A DNA stretch of 63,049 nt, counting the filler, from Hyphochytrium catenoides (lineage: Eukaryota; Protista; Hyphochytriomycota), in the NCBI GenBank assembly GCA_900088475.1. It is 3 parts of 3 records of this genome, joined end to end, with 100 filler letters (N's around TTAATTAATTAA, not from the genome) between each part and the next. Parts side by side here need not be neighbours in the genome. Positions count along the whole stretch, not along the records: positions 1 to 30,869 come from FLMG01003632.1; 2 more parts are not named here. One strand, given 5' to 3'. Numbering within the stretch: the first letter of the stretch is position 1; every line of letters starts with the position of its first letter. Of the stretch, positions 1 to 9,202 are shown piece by piece. A program made the translations under genes and the position numbers. The notes under the pieces are model-generated. The model worked only from the letters and a program-made list of their open reading frames with translations, had not been told where the DNA came from and made no database searches.

Positions 1-690
1 GAAGAGGAGGATGCTGTGAAATTGAGGAGAACGCTTCTAAAGCTTTTGACTGGTAATTGCCGTGACAGCAGAAACGAAGGTGTCTTTTTCTCTAGTGGGC
101 CATTCGTTCGCCAGACGGTGGCTGGGTTAGCTGCGCTGGTGGCCTTCTTCCACTTCTCTCCGTCTCGAGTTACCTCTCATGTCATCTCCTCCTCCGTCAT
201 TTCTCTGTTCCAACTGCCTGATCACTTGTCCATCCATTGAGTCTCTCATCAGCAGCGACAGACGCGCCCCAGCGCCACAGAGGACACACAGCACTGCCGC
301 TGCTCTTCTGCCTGCATACCTTAGAGAGCGGATCCGCACTTGTAGGATGCACGTGTGAGAGCGTTAGGCTAACATTCCCCTCTGTACGCACATTTTTGTC
401 ATGGTTTCTGATGATCGTTGGGTATAAACGTTGCACAAATTTTCTGCAGTTCTTGATGGGATAGGTGCGCTCGTGTTTGATATTACCTTAGGCCTTCGGG
501 TTGATAAAGCATCTCTCCTAAGAAGGAGCGCTCCTACCAGCTGCCAGCTTCAAGGATCAGAAGCTTGCGTGAAAGAGCCCAAGCAGCTGGCCCTTTGACC
601 CCCGTACCAAGAGACAACAGTACAGATGGCAGACAAGCCCGGGCTTCTGACCCTTATAGGGAGAATACATCATGGAGAAAGAAGAAGAGG

Positions 691-692
<2 letters not shown>

Positions 693-734
<42 letters not shown>

Positions 735-760
735 GAGGGGAAGAAGGAGAGAGAGAGAGA
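693..760. repeat. (GA)n microsatellite; representative of many similar tracts (e.g. 1110-1165, 15290-15500, 30820-30860, 40515-40560, 61396-61420)
   Basis: Directly visible dinucleotide repeats. Confidence 0.95.
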
Positions 761-1483
761 CAGACAGATAGAAAGGAAAGACAGTCCTGCATCGTTAGTG
801 AAAGAATTGAGTGACAAGCCATCAGGGAGAGAGGCAGATAAGAGAGAGAGAGAGAGGTAGATATGAAAGAGAGAGAGAGGAGAGAGAGAGAAAAAAAGAG
901 ACACTGTGCTATGATGGCAGGATTCTCAGAACAAGGTCTTATCTCCAGTCCTCCTAAATGCCGCCTCTTCTGCCCCCCTCTCTCTGTCTCTCTCTCTGTG
1001 TCTCCCTCTCTCTTCTTCGCTCTGCGAGATGCATCACCACCCTAATGAGGGTTCATCACAAATCTTCTGTTGAGAGGATGAGAGGAGGCAAAGTTTAGGG
1101 GAAGAGACAAAGAGAAAGAGAGAGAGAGAGAGAAGCGAGAGAGAGAGAGAGAGCGAGAGAGAGAGCGAGGACAATGCGGAGTATGGGAGACACTACTATC
1201 GCGTCGACGCTTTCCTCTCCCCACACAGGAGGGAAGTGGAAGACAAAAAGGTCGGGGCAGAGTTCCTCGCTCAGTCTCTCTCTTTCCCTGCTTCTCAACA
1301 GGCTTCACGCCGTCTCCAACGCTTTAGACTGGGCAGGGCACCGGCAGCAGGAAGAGAAAAAGAAGAGAGAAAAGAAAACGCTTCTGGCAAGAGAAGGGAA
1401 GAGAGACCCTAGCAAACCTGGAGAGAGTGAAAGAGAGAGAGAGAGAAAGAGAGAGTAGGAGAGAGAGAAAGAAAGCGAGAAAG

Positions 1484-4400
1484 ATGCACCGGATGATAGA
1501 GGACAGCACGGGCGGAGGAGGGAACATAGGCGCGAGCTCTGAGCTCATCATCAGAAGGTCTCCGTCCTCCTCTGAAGAAAGGATGGCCGCTCTGCCAGCT
1601 TTCCAGAAGGAGACTGAGAGGAGAGAGAGAGAAGAAGATGAAGACCCGGAGAGAACTTCGCTCTCTTCTCCATCTTCTGTGTCTGACCTGCTCCTCTTCC
1701 TAGAGCGGGCGAAGGTCCCAAACCCCGTCTTCGCGGCCAATAAGCTGGAGCTCCGGCACGGAGTGACGACCAAGGAGGAGCTGCTTGAGATCTTAGCGCA
1801 TCCGGAGCTCGCTCTTGAGGTTCCGACGCTGTGCGCCTGCGACTGCTGAAGTTCTTGGAAAAGGAAAGAGGAGAAGGGGAGACGACGCTGCGAAGCTTAC
1901 AGCTCTCGGCACCTGTGTCTATCATAGAGCAACAAAGCAGCGCAGCAGCCATCGAAGAGAGGAGCGTCTCTGTCTTCTCATCTTCCACCTCTTCTTTTCG
2001 AGCAGTTGAAAGGTTCTGGGGCGGGAAGGCACAGCTCTCTCTTCCATGTGCAGTCCAAAGCGAGGACACCACCTCTGCCTCAGCCCAAGTAGTAGAAGAA
2101 GAAGCAGCATTTCCTCCTTTTCTGTGCTGCAGACCGTGTGGAGATGATGGGCCGGAGCTGCAGGTCCTACAAGGAGATTTGACGGCTTGTCGCGCCGACG
2201 CCATCGTCAACCCTGCCGACTCTTGTCTCAACCACGGCGGCGGCCTTGCGGGTGCCATCGCTGCGGCTGCAGGGCCCTCCATCAAGCGGGAGAGTGACCG
2301 CTGGATCCGGACGAACGGTTCTCTCCCGGTAGGACGCGCCATGTCAACTGCGGCAGGTGACCTTCCTTGCCGCTACGTTATTCACACTGTGGGTCCGGAC
2401 CTGTCCAACCGCTTGTCCTCCCAGTCCAAACCAACCCAGAAGGACACTGAGTTACTGAGAAGTGCAGTTCGGAGCTCACTTCTCGAGGCGGAGAGGCTTC
2501 ACCTCTGTTCTATCGCCATTCCAGGCATCTCGACGGGGATCTTCAGCTATCCGAGGGCGCAAGCAGCTCGAGAGATTGTGGAGGAGTGCTGGAGGTTCTG
2601 CTATCGCGGCGATACCAGCTTGCGCAGCATTCTGCTGGTCAATATTGATCAGCAGACCTTCTCCGCCTTCCGAAGCGCAGTTTGTCGCGCAGCAGATGAG
2701 GCTGGGACCATGGTCATGCCTTGTGACGGCTTTCCTTTCGTCCTCGACTCGCCGCGGTCGCTATTGTGCAGCCAGAGAGAGGGACTCGCGACACGCATAC
2801 CCAGTGCACGTACAGAGAAAGGGGATGGGGAAGAGTCGCGCTATAAGGCCGGAGGCATCCTCTTGGTGAGGGTCAATGGGACCGACCTGGAAGTCCTCCT
2901 GGGTGTAGAGTTCCGTCCAATGGAACGAAAAGCTGAGCGGTATCTGAACCTTCTGGGAGGCAAGGCGCACTCGGGAGAAGACCCACTATTGACGGCTTGT
3001 AGGGAGTTCAGCGAGGAGGTCAAAGGGATCATCAGCTGCTCTGACATGCTGAGCCAGATGGAGGAGAAGGGCCAGAGGCTTTGGCTGAGCTTCGCAAAGT
3101 ACTTCGCCTTCCTTGCGCACTTGGATGACCCACGGATACACTCTCTCCCGGAAGAGTTTGACAGAAGAAAGAGACACAACAAAGGGAAGATGCGGAGCCT
3201 GCAAGGTGCTATCCGAAGCTTTCTCCCCTGGGACACAGAAGACGAGGCGGCCATAGGGGATGAGCAGGATCACTTGTTATGGGTCTCCTGGAGGGAGCTG
3301 TTGGCCGTGTGCAGAGACTTCAAGAAAGGGAAGGTTCACACTCCCTGGGGCAGCTTCAAGGTGTCAGAGTTCCTCAGGAAAGTGGTGAACACGTACAAGG
3401 AGAAAGCAGAAGAGATCTTCCAATTGCTTTGCCTCCGCACGGAGCTGGAGAAGGAGCTGAGGAGAGTGGACGGGCTGGAGATGCAGAGCGATGAAGAGTT
3501 GACGACCAAGCTGCTAGGTTCCTCCTGGAGACTTCAGCTGCAGGGTCCCCCTCCTCCCCCTCCTTCTCCCATCCAGACGCTCCCTCCCGAGGATGAGGAC
3601 TATAAGGAGCTGCTGAAGGCTCTGCCAAAAACCTTTGCCAGTTCTGTTGTCAGCATCCGCAAGGTCAAGACGGCAACCCGGCAGGCTAGTTTTCTGCAAG
3701 AGCTGCAGCGCATGAAGGCTGAAGCTAAAAAGACAGCGCCTGAGGTCCTCCAGCCGCTGTTCCACGGCACTCCAGAGCGCTGGCGCGCCACTGCCATTGC
3801 TATGCACGGGTTCAACCTTAGCATCAAGTTGCATGGTCGTTCTAGCGGCAATGGTGTCTACACCTCGACTGATCCACAGGTAGCTTTTCCATACACTGGA
3901 CCCAAAGGCTCGGTGCTGCTTCTCAGAGGTATCAAGGCCACAGACTGCCAGACTCAGGGTGACAACACCATTGTTAGCTCATCTGCAGTCTTTATCTTCC
4001 CTAATGCCAAAGCGCTCCTGCCTCTGCTCATTGCCGACTTTGCCGCCTCCGACGAGAGAGATGCCGTGGAGCTGGGACGAGAACAAGCCCTTGAAGAAAT
4101 ACGCAAGGAGAAAGAAAGACAGCAAGTCATGAAAGACCAGATCAAGGAGAGAGAGTCACAATGCCTGAAGGACATGGCAACGCGACTGCGGAACACCCTG
4201 CAGGTCTATTCTGGGCAGCTAAGAAAGATTGAAGAGCGTTCGAGCTTGCTACGAGCATCTTCCTCCGCTACACTCGCTGCTGCTGAAGAGGAGAGGATGC
4301 AGGAGACACGCGGTGCTCCTCTTCCCAAGAAGACTAAGGGCAAACTTGTAAGACTGGCTGGCCTATCGTCGGTGTCTCTATCTCCCTTGCGGCTTTTCTT

Positions 4401-7400
4401 GATGGAGAAGTCTCACTTCTCAATGGGACTGCCCTTGTACGAGTTCAAACCTCGAATTGTCGAGCTCATTCGGAGCAAGGAAGTACTGGTCCTGATGGCA
4501 GAAACAGGGTCAGGAAAGAGCACCCAGCTGCCGCAGATCATCCTTGACGAAGTGTTGCCTTCAACAGACAAGAGGCGCATTGCTGTCCTAGAGCCACGAA
4601 GAGTGAACGCCATCTCCCTCTGCCGACGCGTGGCGCAGGAGCGAAAAACGGAGCCCGGAGAGGAAGTGGGCTATACCATCGGCCGGGGAGAGTCTAACGT
4701 CACAGCCACAACACGGATTGAGTTCATGACACACGGGCTTTTCGTCCAGCTGGCGAAAGATTCAGAGTTGCTTCTCAAGTGCTACTCTGCCGTCATTGTC
4801 GATGAGGCGCACGAGCGGTCCGTGGACGTGGACTTGTCTCTTGCACTGCTAAAGAGAGCTTTGAAGCACTTGCAGAGCACCAAGAAAGAAGACGACGACG
4901 GAGGGGGAGGGAAGAGGATATTGGATGCAGCCCAAGAGGAAAGCTTCTTCCGCGTCGTGGTCACTAGCGCGACCATTGAGGCGGAAGCCGAGCGGTTCAG
5001 GGACTATCTGAGTCCTGCTCAGGAGAAGTCTGCGCTTCTTTCTCTTCCTGGAAGGGCATTCCCGGTGCTTGTAGAGCATCGAGAGGACGCAGAAGTAGAC
5101 GCCGCCGTCATAGGGACAGCAGGGGTGGGCAAAGTCCTTTCTTCTTACGCCACTCAGACGGCGGTGGACCTCTTAAGAAGCACCAAAACAGGAAACATTC
5201 TCATTTTCTTACCTGGAGAGGGAACCATCAACGAGGCCGTGCAAGTGGCAAAAGCGCAGATGCTTGGCCCTGGCCCAGACGACATTGAAAGGGAGGAAGA
5301 GAGCGAAGAGGATCTTTATCGTGCTGGGACCTACAACTCTTTCTTCTTCCGCATGGAGCTGGGGTCCAAGGAAAACGAAGGACAAGAAGAAGGACATTCA
5401 ACTATCTTGGCAGAGAGTTCTGGCCGAGACACAGAGGAAAGCCAGTCTAAAACAGGGCAGAGGAAGACAGAAGAGGAGAAGGGAGAGCACACGAGGAGAG
5501 AGATTGCAGTCTGCGTCATCGGCTTCCATGGGAAGATCTCCCGTTCAGAGCGTGACCTCGTCCTCAACCCGCCACCAGACGTGAGGATGGTCATCTTCAC
5601 GACAAACCTCGCCGAAACAGGGGTCACGATCCCAGAGGTGAGGTATGTCATAGATACGGGTCTGGAGCGGCGCGTGCGATGGAATAACGTGCTGGACATT
5701 AATGAGATGGTAACAGATAGAGTGTCGGCTTCTTCAATGAGGCAGAGAACTGGGAGAGCCGGAAGAACCGCGAGCGGGATCTGTATCAGACTCTTTCCTG
5801 CGTCAGAAGTAGAGCAACTCCGTTCCTTGCCGCCTCCAGGAGTCCAGAGCTCGATGATCTACAAGGTCGTTCTGCTGATGAAGCTCCTTCAGAGCAAAGA
5901 ATCGAAGGAGAAAGAAGAGGAGCTGGAGCTGTTGGACCCCATTCCTCCTGTCCTGCTAGAAAAGGCCACGGAGAACCTTCTGGGTCTAGGAGCTCTGCAA
6001 GAGGACGGCAGCCTGACTCGGGAAGGGAACGCGCTCCTTACTCTGGGGGTCGATCTGCGCCTGGGACGCTTCCTCCTTGCTTGCGGGCACTTCGGCTGCC
6101 TCGTCAGTGGGCTGAAGATTGCCTCGGTGCTGGTGGCTGCTGATGCGCCAGAGAAGCTCCTTCCCCAGCGTGGTTGGTCTCTTCGTCGACCCTATATCCA
6201 GCGTCCTCTTTGATTGACCCGAGCGGAGATCATCTGACCCTGCTTAACATTGTTAATGCCTTCGAAGGCGCCAAGAGGAAAGGACGTGAGCTCAATTGGT
6301 GTCAGGTTCACTCGCTGGAGATGGATGTGCTCCTAGATGCAGAAACCGCCCGGAATCATCTTATGAAGGTGCTGAACGACTTGGGATTCTCGCTCGTTGA
6401 CGAAGAGGATAAGTGGAAGGAGAATGGAGGGCTCCGCCGAGCGCTTCTGAGGGCTCTATGTGCCGCCTACTGCGACCAGTTGGCCATAGAAGGAGTCCAG
6501 GCCATCCTAAGGCTGGCTACACCCGCCTCTTGGACGAAGAGAGGAAGGCAGGCGCCCTTAAGGTCGTGGCCCAATTCGCGGAGGAAACACAGCCGGAGAA
6601 CCCCTACGGCTCATCCCCATCTGTCCAGGGAGGTCGGCAGAAGAAGGGAGGATTTGCGGATAGCCAAGAAGAGGAGAAGAAGAGCGAGAAACAGTACTTA
6701 AGACAACAACTATTGCCTTCTACGTCCCCTTCTTTTGTGGCGTCATCTCCCTCCTCCGCCTCCCTTCCAGCGGCACAGCACTCGCAGGTGCCAGTTGCGC
6801 AGCAGCAGGAGCCCGTGGTGAAGCTTGGAAGCTGTTCCACTCTTTGGCACCTGGACGGCACACCCACATCACCAGAAGGAGGCGTCAAGGCCGATGCTGC
6901 TGGTGCCCAGGATAAAGGCAGAGGAGGGTTCCGGCTGGTAGTGTTCAGCTCAATCATGCTGACCGATGGCGGTCGTCGCCCGGAGCCGACCGTGCAACTC
7001 CTCAGCGTCGTCAATCCCGAAGATGTTACGGCTGGCGCCCCAGAATGGTGCCGCCTTGCTGAGTTTGATGCGCTACTGGACCAGTCGAGGCCTCAGACCC
7101 TCACTTACCACCTGACGCCGGGGATGCGCCGCACGATACTTATGGACCGCGGTAGGTGGCTGGGGAAGCTTCATCGCAAGTTCCCGTCAATCGCTGCTGC
7201 TGTAGAGGGAGACAAGCTCATTGTCTCTTGTCCCTTGCGGTCCTTCGCTCTCATCGAGTTCCATATCCACCGCCTGCTCGGCGGGATGGCTGCCGAGACT
7301 GTCGTTCTGGACCTGCCCAGGAAGGCAAACATGGGACTTATAATAGGGAAGCAGGCCCAGAATGTCAAGAGCTTGCGGGACAGCATCAACACCCTCTTGG

Positions 7401-8329
7401 CCACAGAAAGTAAGGGCGCGGGAAGGCGCCACGTGAGCCCTTCAGCAGTCATTGTAGACGCAGCGAACAGGACAATCAAACTCACGCTGGAAGGGGCCTC
7501 GAAGTCTCTGATGAGCGCGATTGTGGGCCGTATACAGTCTCACATTATGCGTGCACAAGGGGCGGACGTGGTGCCTAGAGTGGCCATTGCCTCCGGTCCC
7601 AGAGGCCAAGAAATGCTCCAAAATCCTCGGCTCCGGATGCTGACCTCCTCTGAGCCGCCATCTTCTTGGTCCAGCAGAGACGACGTTATGCTGCAGCTAG
7701 CACATGCGCTCGTGTGGAAGGGAAATGTGAGCATCTACGGCGGATTCCTGCGCGATTGGGTTATCAGGGGGGAATCTGCTAGCGACATTGACGCCGAGAT
7801 CTCTCCTCCGGCCACCACCGTTTCTTCTGTCTTGCGGATGCTTCGAGTGCTACTGGCTCAGCCGCAGCCCTCAGCAAGGCGACTGACAGTTAGCACTAAA
7901 GGTCCCAAGGGCGCTGCCATCGCTCTCATGGTTAGCGGTCCAGAGATCCGGCCAATCGACATTGATCTGGTGGATCCCTCTGCTGTCACCCCGCAAGTGG
8001 CACCCGGAGTAGACAGTGACGCGGGGAACTTGCTGTTGAACAAACAAGAAGCGCTGAGGAAGAAGATTCCAGGGACAGGCGACGCCCTTCGGTCCAGCCT
8101 CGAGCACGTGAGAAAGAAAGAGTTTATTCTCTTCTACGATCTCTTGGGCCAGCACCATGACAGAGCGCTTGTACGCCTAAGGAAGTATCTCCAACGAGGG
8201 TGGACATGCCTTTCCCCTGTACCTCCACAGGTGCTCCAGACCCTGCCGGAGGCTGAGCAACAGCTTGTCAGGCCTAAGCCTAAACATGACAGAAAGTGGT
8301 GGATGGAAGGAGAAGCTGCCAAAGCCTGA
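1484..8329 (+). CDS. Multidomain SAM-like/Macro/NUDIX/PARP-type ART/DEAH-box RNA helicase/KH/nucleotidyltransferase protein (~2,280 aa), split by three apparent single-base frameshifts
   Basis: ORFs 1427-1849, 1831-6213, 6174-6701 and 6413-8329 overlap in successive -1 frames. Macro: GDLT..IVNPAD..HGGGLAGAI..HTVGP..PGISTGIF (~2155-2685). NUDIX box: GGKAHSGEDPLLTACREFSEEVKG (~2955-3027). ART: LFHGT..GNGVYTS..LLPLLIADF (~3570-4042). Helicase: AETGSGKSTQLPQ, EPRR, DEAHER, SAT, FLPG, TNLAETGVTIP, QRTGRAGR (~4425-5770) and SGDHLTLLN (~6222). KH-like: MGLIIGKQAQNVKSL (~7330). NTase: IYGGFLRDWVIRGESASDID (~7733-7792). Confidence 0.88.
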
Positions 8330-9202
8330 ACCCTGTCGTGCTAGACGACTACGCAAGTTAAGGAGACGGGACGACGAGCTAGTTTGCGCGCAGATGAGCA
8401 TGGAAAGCCTAAAGGATGGAGAACAGCAAAGAGACGGGGAATCAAAGGAGAGAAAAGATAGATAGAGAGAGAGAATACATGGGGAGGACGAGAGATGTAG
8501 GGGGAGCAGCAAACATCGCCAAGGGAAGCGACCGGCGGGCTGCTTATATGTGATTAGCTGCTAATGTTGAGCTGACTTAAGAATAAGAAGTTGTTCTTTT
8601 GGCTGGCACCACTGGATCCGTTACCACTGCTCATTGCAGCTAGCAGGTCTTCAGGTCTACCCCGGACAACTAGTGCAGCCAGCTCCCGCCCCTGGCTCTC
8701 ATACACTCAGAACAACTTGCAGCGCAAAGGCTATAGGCTTCTCTTAGTAGTCCGCTCGACAAAAGATGTTCGGGAACACATACAGTGCGAAGTAATTGGC
8801 TCTGACCCCAGTGCCGTCTAAGGGTCTAGCCCAAAGAGGGAGAGTGGCTCCGTTCGAAGTAAGACACTCATCTCTTCCCTCTACAGCTAACCGTGAACCC
8901 AGACTTAATAAGGAAGAGTTGCACTGCATCCTCACCAAAGTATTGTGTATCCAGACTGAGTGAAGGGCGTGCCTTCCCCGAAGCACCTAGCCGTGCGGCG
9001 CTACCTGGAGCTCTACCCGTCGCTCACTATTGCTAGCTGCAGAGCCCTTGTGTAAGGTATCGCCACCGCACCAGGCTGATTGATGGTGAAGCAGGATTGA
9101 TAGTTGGCACTGAAGGCCTCATGAGCATTTCTCCTGAGAAGTAGTGAAGCGCCGCCCTCAGGCCCGAATCCAGGTCCTGCTTTTCCAGGCTGCGCCAGCT
9201 TA

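Noticed and set aside
1-700. Possible exons of a minus-strand gene at the window start
   Set aside because: Some GT/AG-bounded segments exist, but I could not build a consistent frame or recognise a protein.
557-1460. Many ORFs rich in ER/RE or SL/LS repeats (also 15276-15573 and similar)
   Set aside because: These are translations of (GA)n/(CT)n microsatellites.
1551-2342. 263-aa minus-strand ORF and other antisense ORFs over the fusion gene and UTP14
   Set aside because: Shadow ORFs of the real coding strand with no motifs.
1484-8329. Fusion gene as an endogenous RNA-virus replicase (Macro plus helicase)
   Set aside because: The helicase is a cellular DEAH/RHA type with HA2/OB, and no RdRp, capsid or integrase motifs are visible.
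8740-8970. Tiny GT..AG intron-like segments downstream of the fusion gene
   Set aside because: No coherent spliced ORF or recognisable product.
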